This document shows, in pieces, positions 17,479 to 26,854 of a DNA stretch of 64,000 nucleotides. The notes under the pieces are model-generated. The model saw only the letters and a program-made list of their open reading frames with translations. It did not search any database and was not told where the DNA came from. The DNA is taken from contig CBDFJF010000002.1 of assembly GCA_965248265.1 (NCBI GenBank), positions 1,408,001 to 1,472,000 of the forward strand, given 5' to 3'. This DNA is from Candidatus Latescibacterota bacterium. Its GTDB lineage: Bacteria > Latescibacterota > UBA2968 > UBA8231. Made by a program: the position numbers and the translations under genes. The first letter of the stretch is position 1, and every line of letters starts with the position of its first letter.

Positions 17479-19218
17479 TTACTCGATGGGTACAATCGGC
17501 AAAATGATGTGAGAAGGGTGTTCAGCGTCATGATAGATGGTCTGGTTGGCTACCCGTAATTCCGTATCCACGCCGAACGCATTGCCGGTATTCGGGTTGC
17601 GGTCAAACTGGGGGAAGTTGCTGCTCGAGACTTCCAACCGAATGCGATGCCCCTTCAGGAACCGGTTGCTCGTGGACCACAGATCGATGGCGTACTCGTA
17701 GACTTTGCCGGGTTCGAGCAACCTCGGCTGCTCCCATGAGTCGCGGTATCTAGCACGGATAATCCCCTGCGCGACATTTATCGCCCGCTTGTCTGGAAAT
17801 ACATCCACCAGCTTCGCAGTGAAATCCGTGTCCTTGGCGTCCGAAGAGGCGTACAGCACCATCGAGACCGGACCGGTGACTTCGACATCTGTTTCGAGAG
17901 CTGGCGAGTCGTAGACGAGGACATCAGGCCGCCATTCGACAGGCTGCTGGTCGCGTGGTCCCATCGGGATGGGAGTAATATCCTCGCCGCAGCAGGTGCT
18001 GCCGCCCAATGTCATAACCGGGTTGTCCGGATCGTATGAGTAGTGGTCCGGATTTTCTGATGCCGGCTCAGTCGTATCGAGCACGCCGTCGCCGAACAAT
18101 GAATTGGCATGGCCTCGACTGTGCAGGTAATACGGGACATACGCAGTGTCAGGGAGCGGCCATTGTGACGAGGTACGCCATTCGTTGGCTCCCATGATGA
18201 ACACTCTGACAGCAGGCTCATCCCCAATACCGTTGTCGATTCCCTTGAGCCAGTAGTCGAACCAACGAAGAGACTCGCTGCGCAGGCCCACCAGGGCGTG
18301 CTCTGTGAAGTCCATGTCGCCTGTCATGGTTTGAGTGCCGTGCGCTCCCAGATCGTGTATCCAGGGGCCGATGATCACTTTCTGGTTGCTCTTGCCTGGC
18401 TCTCGTCCATCTGTGCTCACACCCATGAAATTGTTGAGCGTGCCCTGCAGGAATACATCGAACCATCCTCCCATCCCGTAGATGGGGACTTCAATCTCCG
18501 CATAGCACTCCTCGACCGGCTGCATACTCTTCCAATACTCGTCGTAACTGGGGTGGTCGACCCAATCCTTCCATATTCTGTTGTCGCGCCCGGCTGCTTC
18601 ATCCATCGTTCGCAGCGGCAGGTGCCAATGCAGATCGGAAAGGTGATTGCCCTCAGGAAACCACAGATACTGTGTCTGCATTGTGCGAGTGTGCATCTGT
18701 ATGGCCGTCCATCGAAGGTTGAAGCCAAGCTGGAACGCACCGCCCGTATAAGCCCAGTTGTGGTAGGTGTTCGAGTAGCCGACCCGCGGAATCAACGCCT
18801 TCAGGTACTTGCTGCGCTTCGGTGCGGCTTGCAGTTGGACCAACGCCAGATACGAATTGCCCTGCATGCCGACGTTTCCATCGCACCAGGGTTGAACGCC
18901 CAGCCACTCGTGCGTATCGAATCCGTCGTCAGCCTCGTGCCTGAAGGGGTACCATTCTCCTTCAGAGTCATAGCGCCCGCGCACATCCTGAATAGCGACG
19001 GCATAACCACGAGACGCAAAGTAGAAGGCCTGCTCAACTTCTCCTTCATTGTTGTTGTCGTAGGGTGTTCTGACCAGTATCGCGGGAATCGGATGATCTA
19101 CATCGGGCAAAAAGATGTCGGTAGAAAGGGCTACGCCATCTCTCATGGACACTTTGACATCGCAGTCCATCCGCACTTTGTGTAGCGGCCGTGACGCTTC
19201 TGCTTTTCCTTGAGCCAT
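17479..19218 (-). CDS. CocE/NonD family serine hydrolase
   Basis: MRDGV.LSTD, RTPY, QDVRGRYDSEG, GNSY, GGWFD.F, GPWIH, SSSNFP.FDRNPN. Confidence 0.93.
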   Translation of the reverse strand: MAQGKAEASRPLHKVRMDCDVKVSMRDGVALSTDIFLPDVDHPIPAILVRTPYDNNNEGEVEQAFYFASRGYAVAIQDVRGRYDSEGEWYPFRHEADDGFDTHEWLGVQPWCDGNVGMQGNSYLALVQLQAAPKRSKYLKALIPRVGYSNTYHNWAYTGGAFQLGFNLRWTAIQMHTRTMQTQYLWFPEGNHLSDLHWHLPLRTMDEAAGRDNRIWKDWVDHPSYDEYWKSMQPVEECYAEIEVPIYGMGGWFDVFLQGTLNNFMGVSTDGREPGKSNQKVIIGPWIHDLGAHGTQTMTGDMDFTEHALVGLRSESLRWFDYWLKGIDNGIGDEPAVRVFIMGANEWRTSSQWPLPDTAYVPYYLHSRGHANSLFGDGVLDTTEPASENPDHYSYDPDNPVMTLGGSTCCGEDITPIPMGPRDQQPVEWRPDVLVYDSPALETDVEVTGPVSMVLYASSDAKDTDFTAKLVDVFPDKRAINVAQGIIRARYRDSWEQPRLLEPGKVYEYAIDLWSTSNRFLKGHRIRLEVSSSNFPQFDRNPNTGNAFGVDTELRVANQTIYHDAEHPSHIILPIVPIE

Positions 19219-19255
19219 TGTCGTCTCCACGAAAACAACGCCTGACCAGTAACGA

Positions 19256-19280
19256 TAACCTATTTTTCAGCCACTATGCA
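19256..19280 (+). repeat. Copy 1 of an imperfect ~25-bp direct repeat (promoter-like)
   Basis: TAACCTATTTT-TC-AGCCACTATGCA. Confidence 0.75.
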
Positions 19281-19339
19281 TCAGCCGACCATGCACCTTG
19301 CTGTCGCACAGCCTGTCTCCTAGTCCTCGAAGGTCGCCC

Positions 19340-19977
19340 ATGGAGCTGTACCTCATCCGCCACGGACAATCTGCCTCGAACGCCAACCCGGCCGAAAAGT
19401 CGTTCGAGCCGCCACTCACCAAGCTCGGCGAGCGGCAGGCCCGTCGTGCCGGCAGTGAGCTGGCGGACAGGGGCATCGTCAAACTCTACTGCAGCCCGAT
19501 GCTGCGCGCCCTGCAGACGGCCAGGCTCATCGCCGAGCCCCTCGGTCTCGTCCCCCACGTGTTCGTCGGGCTGCACGAGTGGTACAGCCCGCGGAATTAC
19601 CACGGCCTCACCCGGCAGCAGATGATGGACGTCTGCCCGGATGTGGTCTTGCCGGAGGATGTGACTGACGGGGTTGGTACTACTACCCGTGGGTCGACAT
19701 CCCGACGATGCTGGTGCAGATAGGCAAGAATGCGCGGCGCTTCCTCGCTCATCTGGAAAGGCATCACCCGGAGCCCCACGAGCGCGTCGCCGCCGTCAGT
19801 CATGGAGGCTTCCTTTCGACGCTCATCGGCACCTTCTACGGCCTCGAGCCCGACGACGACCCGGATCGCTTCGCCCACTGCAACGCCGCGATCAGCAAGA
19901 TTCGCCGGATCGATGGACGCACTCAGCTGCGCTACATGAGTCGCCTGTCTCATCTCGACGGCGACATGGTCACCTAG
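19340..19977 (+). pseudogene. Histidine phosphatase (PGM-like) with a 1-bp frameshift
   Basis: LYLIRHGQS, LT.LGERQA, SPM.RA.QTA in one frame and VSHGG in another; one extra base at the G4 run 19670-19673 restores DGGWYYYPW. Confidence 0.8.
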
Positions 19978-19996
19978 TGATGCGGTCGATGCAGGC

Positions 19997-20024
19997 TTGA
20001 CAATATGGTCTGGTCTGACCAGAC
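19997..20024 (+). promoter_or_regulatory. vapBC-2 promoter -35 and palindromic operator
   Basis: TTGACA at 19997-20002; GTCTGGTC-T-GACCAGAC perfect IR at 20008-20024. Confidence 0.7.
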
Positions 20025-20049
20025 TATGTACAACGGAAGGAGGGAATAC

Positions 20050-20286
20050 GTGCAGATTGTGAACATCTCTGAAGCGAAAGCACAACTGTCGTCGCTGGTG
20101 GCGAAGGTCATGACTGGCAAAGAAGTCCTGATCGGAAAAAGCGGCAAGCCAGTTGCCAGACTCGTGCGCTACGACCGCAGCGAAGAACCCCGCAAGCCAG
20201 GCGCGCTGAGGGGCAAGATAAAACTCGCCGAAGACTTCGACGAGCTTCCGGATGACCTCGCCATCGCATTCGGCGTTAAGGAATGA
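20050..20286 (+). CDS. vapB: Phd/YefM family antitoxin
   Basis: VNISEAKAQLSSLV..V..GKEVLIGKSGKPVARL, R.PG.L.GKI...DFD. Confidence 0.9.
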   Translation: MQIVNISEAKAQLSSLVAKVMTGKEVLIGKSGKPVARLVRYDRSEEPRKPGALRGKIKLAEDFDELPDDLAIAFGVKE

Positions 20287-20660
20287 GACTGCTGCTGGAT
20301 ACACACGTGCTTCTCTGGTGGCTGGGTGACGACCCAACGCTGTCGCCACAAGCCAGAGCAGCTCTGGCCGACGGCAAAAACCCGGCTTACGTCAGCTCTG
20401 CCGTTATCTGGGAGATCAGCATCAAACGAGCCATCGGCAAGCTCAAGGTGCCCAAGAGGTTTCGTGCAGTTCTAGATGATCAGCCCTTCGAGCCACTAGA
20501 CATTACCCCCGAACACGCCCACGCCGTCGGCGATCTGCCATTACATCACAGCGACCCGTTCGACCGCATGCTCGTCGCTCAAGCCAAGATCGAGGGTCTG
20601 ACGCTGGTCACACGCGATAAGCATCTGGCGGCGTATGAACTCGCCATCCTCGCAGCCTGA
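20283..20660 (+). CDS. vapC: PIN-domain toxin
   Basis: LLLDTHVLLWW, WEISIK, LPLHHSDPFDRMLVAQA, LVTRD. Confidence 0.93.
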   Translation: MRLLLDTHVLLWWLGDDPTLSPQARAALADGKNPAYVSSAVIWEISIKRAIGKLKVPKRFRAVLDDQPFEPLDITPEHAHAVGDLPLHHSDPFDRMLVAQAKIEGLTLVTRDKHLAAYELAILAA

Positions 20661-20755
20661 GAACCGTCGGTACGGATAAGAACGACAAGGGGGCATTACA
20701 TAGTTTTGAATCCCCTTGCGCACCAGTCCACGCACGGTCTGTACGAGGACGAACG

Positions 20756-20781
20756 TAACCTATTTTGTTAGCCACTATGCA
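20756..20781 (+). repeat. Copy 2 of the imperfect ~25-bp direct repeat
   Basis: TAACCTATTTT-GTT-AGCCACTATGCA, 1500 bp after copy 1. Confidence 0.75.
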
Positions 20782-20810
20782 CGGACCCCATAACTCGGAG
20801 CCCAACACTC

Positions 20811-21599
20811 ATGCGCATTCCCATCACCATGTGTCACGGCATCTCAGACACAGGCGATCATCCTCTCAGTGTGGACCACTTCAACACCTTGGTGCAGATC
20901 GCCAAAGACATGGAGTTCAATTCGATCAACTACGACGAGCTGGCCGCATGGCGCGATGGTACCGGCCAGTTGCCGGAGCGTCCCATCATGTTCGATTTCG
21001 ACCATCCGATGAAATCGATGCGCTACGAGATGCACTCAGCGCTGGATAAGTGTGGTTACAGTGGCAACCTGTTCATCAACACCGGTTTGATGGAGGGTGA
21101 CGGTTACGGCACGGAGACCATGACCTGGGACGAAGTGCGAGAGCTGGCGGACCTGGGATGGCACATGGGCGCCCATACCGTGACTCACCCCAATCTGTCC
21201 GAGCTGTCCAAGGAAGATCCGGACGGAGAGCAGTTGCGTCAGGAGCTGGTATCCTGCGATGCCACGCTCGAGGAGCAATTGGGTCAAGCTCCCAAGGATT
21301 TCGCTTTTACCGGCACCAGTTGGAGCAGCGTTGCCGAGAAGCGCGTCATGGAACGCTACCGCTTTGGCCGGCTGTGGCTCATCGGCGCGATATACCAGGT
21401 CGACGGCGAAAAGAAGCGGGTCGCCGAGTTGATTGGTGTTGATGGGGAGGATGAAGCGGACGGAGGGCCGCCGATGGCGGCGCGCTACATCGAGCGCGAA
21501 ACGCCTACCTACCGGTTGCCCTCAGTCGAAATTCAGTCGCCGCTGCTGCACACGGAGGAGGCCTTTCGGGCCTACCTGGAGGGAGCGATGAACAGCTGA
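20811..21599 (+). CDS. Polysaccharide deacetylase (NodB-like) family protein
   Basis: LPERPIMFDFD, MTWDEVREL, GAHTVTHPNL. Confidence 0.85.
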   Translation: MRIPITMCHGISDTGDHPLSVDHFNTLVQIAKDMEFNSINYDELAAWRDGTGQLPERPIMFDFDHPMKSMRYEMHSALDKCGYSGNLFINTGLMEGDGYGTETMTWDEVRELADLGWHMGAHTVTHPNLSELSKEDPDGEQLRQELVSCDATLEEQLGQAPKDFAFTGTSWSSVAEKRVMERYRFGRLWLIGAIYQVDGEKKRVAELIGVDGEDEADGGPPMAARYIERETPTYRLPSVEIQSPLLHTEEAFRAYLEGAMNS

Positions 21600-21996
21600 T
21601 GTCGTGACGGACTCAAAGACTTCACTCTGCGCGGTCTCTCGCTGCTCGGACGCGTCCGGTGCCGGCTTCTTAGCTCGACAGGCTGAACAATTTCACTCCG
21701 CGCTGCGGTCTTGACGACGTTGGAATAGTGCAGGGTCTCTGCTGACTGGCCATCGATGACCATGGTCGGTTCGCGGATGGCGAACTCGACCTCATCGAGC
21801 TGATTATACAGCACGTAAGCCAGCTGGATCCGGTCCACGATCATGTCCTCGGTCGAGGCGAAATCCGGAAACAGGATCGGACCGACATCCACCTGAAAGC
21901 GCCCCGCGGGAGGGTGGATGTTGACGTAGCTGACCGGGTATTCCAGCTGGCCGCCACGGTGATGATGTGGGAGTTGCGATAATCCAGGACATTCAT
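21600..21996 (-). pseudogene. Hypothetical gene with internal deletion or frameshift
   Basis: MNVLDYRNSHIITV joined out of frame near 21955 to GQLEYPVSYVNIHPP..RFQVDVGPILFPD...IQLAYVLYN. Confidence 0.45.
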
Positions 21997-22067
21997 GCAG
22001 GTGCTCTTTCGTTAGTCAGGTCAGATAGGTTTCAGGTCAACCTTATACGAGGCGGAGAGGTACCGCA

Positions 22068-22892
22068 ATGATCAAGCTCGGTTGTTTTTCGTTCATGTAC
22101 GACCGCGAGACGTCGACGAAGGTCGAAGACCCGCTGACGTTCATTGACTTCGCCCACTCTGTGAAGCTGGACGTCGTCGATTTCGATATCAACAAGGGCT
22201 TTCCGTCACAGGAACGGCACTACCTGATGCAGGTCAAGCTGGCGGCGTTGAGGCGCGGGCTGACGATCGGCATGATCGATGGCGGGGGTAGTTTCGTCGG
22301 CACCGAAGAGGAGCTCCGGCAACGGGTAGAGCTGGCAAAGTCACGAGTTGATACCGCTGTGTTTTTCGGCGCGCCGATGATTCTGCTGGGAACTGGCGGC
22401 GTGCCGGAAGAAATTCGGGCAGCGATGATCGCCTGCTACAAGGAGGTCTGCGACTACGCCGGCGAGAGAGGTGTCATGGTGGGGATGCGGGGACACGCGC
22501 CCGTTACCGAGCCGACGGGGGAGGATATAATCCGCACCCACAGGGAAGTCGATCGCGAGAATTTTACATTCAGTATGGACACTGGACGCTGGGTCGGGTC
22601 GCCAGGGGTTACTCCCAAGGGGGAGTGGGACGGCACTGATTTCTATGCCTTCATGGAACAGACCGTCCATCTGGCGTCGTACGTGCGGGCCAAGGTCTTC
22701 AAGATCGATCAGGGCTGGGAGGAGTGGTTCGACTACGAGCGGATAGCCGGCATTCTCAAGTCGGCCAACTACAACGGCATCGTGTCCATCTACTACCTGG
22801 GCAAGAATTTCAGCTCATGTGACGACTACGAGGGGATTACTCTGGCAGTCAAACACCTGCGCGGACTGCTGGGGGACGACCAGGCGGGCTGA
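22068..22892 (+). CDS. Sugar-phosphate isomerase/epimerase (xylose isomerase-like TIM barrel)
   Basis: AVFFGAPMI, DYAGERGV.VG, MDTG.W, DYERI..IL...YNG.VSI. Confidence 0.75.
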   Translation: MIKLGCFSFMYDRETSTKVEDPLTFIDFAHSVKLDVVDFDINKGFPSQERHYLMQVKLAALRRGLTIGMIDGGGSFVGTEEELRQRVELAKSRVDTAVFFGAPMILLGTGGVPEEIRAAMIACYKEVCDYAGERGVMVGMRGHAPVTEPTGEDIIRTHREVDRENFTFSMDTGRWVGSPGVTPKGEWDGTDFYAFMEQTVHLASYVRAKVFKIDQGWEEWFDYERIAGILKSANYNGIVSIYYLGKNFSSCDDYEGITLAVKHLRGLLGDDQAG

Positions 22893-22911
22893 CTAGGCTA
22901 CTGGGCCATTT

Positions 22912-24213
22912 TCAGGAGCTACTGCCAAGTAGCTTTTCAACTTCCTCCCTGGCGACCTGTTGGGCAGCCGCGATGTACTGCGCTGTTGTCGGGCCCTCAA
23001 CGCGCGATTCAAAGCCGTACGCTCCGAACCCATAAACGATCGTTTCGGCGACTCGCTTTTCGGGGTCGTTCAGGAAGTATGGATGTACCTCCCGCAGTTG
23101 CTCTGGTAAGGCTTCGCTACTGCCCGGGTACATGGTCGGGTTGGCGAGGACGGCCTGAGGCCGGTCGTCGTCAAAGACAACATGCTGGACCGGTGTCGGG
23201 GGGATGTCACCGAACTCGGCGACCGGGAACATGTCGTGGGACCAGGTGGTGACGCGGTAGGCCGGTCCGGGTGTGACTCCGGCAGACAGTTCGCGGCGAC
23301 GGACGACGAACTCGTGCCACTTCATCAACTCGTCGATGAAGTCGGCGGGTATAGAGCTCTCGTCGACGTACTTCGATCTATCTCCTTGAGCCCGCACGTC
23401 GTTGAAGGCGGCGAACCAGTTGGCCACACTGCGCAGGGCCTTGGAGATCTTCATGGCTCCGGGATTCTTGGCGCCGCTGGCGCCGTCGGTGATGATGAGA
23501 TGCGGCATCTGGGTGTCCATGCGGCGGACGAACTCGGATGGGAACGCGGCCGGAGTCGAGAGGCGGTGAGCGAGCAATGAGGAAACACGGTCGTAACGAA
23601 CCTCGATGCCGGACTCGATGAGGAAGGGTTCGATCGGTTCGACGAACCAGAGCCGGCCGTAGCGGTCATTACCGATGACGATGACGGGTCTCGAGGTCCC
23701 GGCCTTGAATTTCTTGACGAATTTGAACAACCCCACGGCTTCACAGGCGACTCGTCGCGCGGCCAGGGTCTGCTCCTTGCTCAGGCTGAACTCACATCCG
23801 GACGGAGGAGGCAGCCGGCTCAGCGCGGTGAATTCACCGTACATCTGGGCCGTCGCCATGGGGAAGCGATCTCCCGTCGATTCCATGGCGAAGCGCCGAA
23901 ACTCCAGGTCCCGCTGGATGGAGTCATCGGGGTCGAAGCGGCCGGCTCTTGTTTGTGCGGCGCGATGATCCAACTCACTGAGGAGAGGTTCCAGGTCTCC
24001 AGGTTGCGTCAGGTGCTGGATCAGGAGGGGCGTCAGGATCACGCCGTAGTGGTTGAGCAGGTTGGCCTGTTGCATCCATCGATTGAGCCGTTCCAGTCGA
24101 CGGATGACCTCGTTCTCTGGGTACCTGTTGAGGAGATCCTCGACCACATTGTCGTCGAAGCCAAGTTGATGGTTATTGATGGCAGGAAAAGCCCTGGGAA
24201 GGTCTATCGGCAT
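22912..24213 (-). CDS. Hypothetical protein
   Basis: Long ORF with genome-typical codon usage; no family recognised. Confidence 0.7.
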   Translation of the reverse strand: MPIDLPRAFPAINNHQLGFDDNVVEDLLNRYPENEVIRRLERLNRWMQQANLLNHYGVILTPLLIQHLTQPGDLEPLLSELDHRAAQTRAGRFDPDDSIQRDLEFRRFAMESTGDRFPMATAQMYGEFTALSRLPPPSGCEFSLSKEQTLAARRVACEAVGLFKFVKKFKAGTSRPVIVIGNDRYGRLWFVEPIEPFLIESGIEVRYDRVSSLLAHRLSTPAAFPSEFVRRMDTQMPHLIITDGASGAKNPGAMKISKALRSVANWFAAFNDVRAQGDRSKYVDESSIPADFIDELMKWHEFVVRRRELSAGVTPGPAYRVTTWSHDMFPVAEFGDIPPTPVQHVVFDDDRPQAVLANPTMYPGSSEALPEQLREVHPYFLNDPEKRVAETIVYGFGAYGFESRVEGPTTAQYIAAAQQVAREEVEKLLGSSS

Positions 24214-24249
24214 GGCCAAGGAAGATGATGACGAAAGGCGTCACTAACA

Positions 24250-25521
24250 ATGACTGAATATGTGAATAGCATCATCAAGCTCGACACCGTCAAACACAGC
24301 CCGTCGTACGGAAGTGTAGCTGTGCTCGAGGACGGCCGGCTTCTATGGGTATGGGGCACCGGGCGAGGCGACCCCATCGAGCCTGTTCAGGGGAATTACT
24401 CGGAGGACGAGGGTGCAAGCTGGAGTGCGCCTGCAGACCTCACGCTCGAAACAGGCGGACCGATGCTGGCGGTCATGGATGCCAACCTGCTGCGGCTGAA
24501 GTCGGGGGATCTCGGTCTGGCTATGCGCAGCAGGGCCGAGGTGGGAGCGTATGAAGGCGATTACCACGCATCGCTCACGTTTTCCCGGTCGGCGGACGAA
24601 GGGACCACGTGGTCAGAGCCGGTGCAGATCAATCCGGTCGGCGATGATGCCGTTTTCACGAACGAGCGTTCGACGGTGTTGAAAGATGGACGCATCATCG
24701 TGCCATTTTACACGGGGCTTGGTGCGAAGCCCATTGGCAACGAGAAGATCCTGCACCGCTACGGCGAGGCGTTTGGCACCGCCGAGCGTGGAGGGTTGTC
24801 CTACAGCAGTGCCTACTACTCGGATGACGATGGGGGCAGCTGGCACAGGAGTCGCAACGAGGTCTACGCCACCATAGAGAACGGCAACAAGGGCACGTTC
24901 TCTATGGGCGAGCCGGCGGTGATCGAGGTCGAAGACGGGCGGGTGTTGATGTTGGGCCGCACCAACCTGGGCCGGTTCTTCCAGAGCTACTCCGACGACC
25001 GTTGTGAAACCTGGAACCAGGCTCAACCTACCGAACTGGCTTGCTATCCGTCGCCGTGCAAGATTTCGCGCATTCCGTCTACCGGTGACCTGCTGGTCAT
25101 CTGGAACCAGATCTCGCCGTGGGAGACGATGAACGGGCTTTATCGCCACCGCCTGTCCTGTGCCGTCAGCAGTGATGAGGGTGTGACCTGGCGCAATCAC
25201 CGCAACCTGGAGTCGATGGACGACACGACCCACATCGAACCCGGGCCCATCGAAGTACAGCCTATCGGCAAGATGCGCCAACCGGTCGATCGCAAGCGTT
25301 ATCACCGCGCTCCGGCGCCACTACGATACAACCAGCCTACCTGTACCTACTTCGGCGACAAGGTTATCATCACCTACGGCATGTGCGTCTTCGGCGACAA
25401 GGCCATCATTGTCGACACGTATGGGATGAATTACGACGAGCTGATGGAGAGTTTCGGCTTGGCACCGTTCGAACGGGGCAACAGGGTCAGAATCGTGTCC
25501 ACGGACTGGTTCTACGAGTAA
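24250..25521 (+). CDS. Sialidase-like BNR/Asp-box beta-propeller protein
   Basis: Asp boxes S.DEG.SW, SADEGTTW, SDDDGGSW, SDD.CETW, SSDEGVTW. Confidence 0.88.
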   Translation: MTEYVNSIIKLDTVKHSPSYGSVAVLEDGRLLWVWGTGRGDPIEPVQGNYSEDEGASWSAPADLTLETGGPMLAVMDANLLRLKSGDLGLAMRSRAEVGAYEGDYHASLTFSRSADEGTTWSEPVQINPVGDDAVFTNERSTVLKDGRIIVPFYTGLGAKPIGNEKILHRYGEAFGTAERGGLSYSSAYYSDDDGGSWHRSRNEVYATIENGNKGTFSMGEPAVIEVEDGRVLMLGRTNLGRFFQSYSDDRCETWNQAQPTELACYPSPCKISRIPSTGDLLVIWNQISPWETMNGLYRHRLSCAVSSDEGVTWRNHRNLESMDDTTHIEPGPIEVQPIGKMRQPVDRKRYHRAPAPLRYNQPTCTYFGDKVIITYGMCVFGDKAIIVDTYGMNYDELMESFGLAPFERGNRVRIVSTDWFYE

Positions 25522-25544
25522 CGGTATCGCCTGCTGTCGTACAC

Positions 25545-26747
25545 ATGCCTTCACATAACTCCGCTCGTGATGATGGCAACCTGGAAGGCAACCTGTGGAA
25601 GCTCTATACCATGCAGGCCTGCCGTTGGTTCCTGCTGCTCATGCCCATCCTGGTGTTGTTCTATCAGGAAAACGGGCTGGACCTGCACGATGTCTTCATC
25701 GTCCAGGCGTTCTATTCGGTTTGCGTCATCCTGTTCGAGGTGCCATCGGGGTACTTCGCCGATCGCATTGGTCGACGACGCTCGCTGCTGATTGGTTCAA
25801 TCTCGGCATCGGCCGGGTTCTGGGTCTATGCATTCTCCGAGACGTTCGTCGATTTTCTCGCCGCTCAATTCTTGATCGCCATGGGCGGCAGCTTCATCTC
25901 TGGATCCGATTCGGCCCTGCTCTACGATACCCTGATCCACTTGGGGCGGCGCCGGGAGTACCAGAAGGTTGCCGGCCGTCTCGCCTCGATAGCAAACTTC
26001 TCTGAGGGGATCGCGGCACTCGTGGGCGGCGGGCTTGCCCTCATCAGCTTGCGCACTCCCCTATACTGGCAGGCCGCTGTACTGCTCGCGGCCGTGCCGC
26101 TGGCCTGGTCCCTGGTGGAGCCACCCCGAAAGACGGCGGATGCCAACGAAGGGAGCTTCAGGGCGGTCCTGAAGATCGTTCGCTATGCCCTGCACGGTCA
26201 TTCCGAGATCAAGTGGCTGATTCTGTACTCATCCCTCGTCGGCACGTCGACGCTGACCATCGTCTGGATGGTGCAGCCGTATCTGAAAGCCGTGGGCCTG
26301 CCGCTTGAATGGTTTGGGGCCGCCTGGGCGATCCTGCAGTTTGCCGTCGGTCTCTCTGCCGTCAACGCGTACAGAATCGAAGCGGTGCTTGGTCGCAGGG
26401 CATCCCTTATCTCCCTGATCCTGCTGTCGGCAGCCGGATACATCCTGCTGAGCCAGTTCCAGGCGCTGTGGGCGACCGTGTTCTTTTTCGTCTTCTACCT
26501 GGTACGGGGCATCAATGGTCCGGTGATGAACGACTACATCAACCGCTGCGTCGACTCGGACATTCGGGCCACGGTTTTGTCGGTGAAGAGTCTGGTCGGC
26601 AGGTTGATGTTTATCGTCGTCGGTCAGATGGCCGGGTGGGTGAGCGGGGCTTACTCGTTGAGCACGGCCTTTCTGGCCTGTGGTGTGACCTTTTTGCTCT
26701 TCGGTGTGCTGTTTCTGGTGTTTTTGCAGAGGAATAAGGTCCTATAG
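25545..26747 (+). CDS. MFS transporter
   Basis: FEVPSGYFADRIGRRRSL (motif A), SGSDSALLYD, IRATVLS. Confidence 0.92.
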   Translation: MPSHNSARDDGNLEGNLWKLYTMQACRWFLLLMPILVLFYQENGLDLHDVFIVQAFYSVCVILFEVPSGYFADRIGRRRSLLIGSISASAGFWVYAFSETFVDFLAAQFLIAMGGSFISGSDSALLYDTLIHLGRRREYQKVAGRLASIANFSEGIAALVGGGLALISLRTPLYWQAAVLLAAVPLAWSLVEPPRKTADANEGSFRAVLKIVRYALHGHSEIKWLILYSSLVGTSTLTIVWMVQPYLKAVGLPLEWFGAAWAILQFAVGLSAVNAYRIEAVLGRRASLISLILLSAAGYILLSQFQALWATVFFFVFYLVRGINGPVMNDYINRCVDSDIRATVLSVKSLVGRLMFIVVGQMAGWVSGAYSLSTAFLACGVTFLLFGVLFLVFLQRNKVL

Positions 26748-26764
26748 GCCGAGCTTTGCTCGGC
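26748..26764. terminator. GC-rich hairpin right after the MFS stop
   Basis: GCCGAGC-TTT-GCTCGGC; no U-tract. Confidence 0.35.
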
Positions 26765-26854
26765 ACAGCGGAGTTTGCCTTCCCCGAGGGTGGTACTGCA
26801 GTATTGGGGAACACGGGTGCACTGCATCTCGCAGGTTAACGGAGACTATCATAT

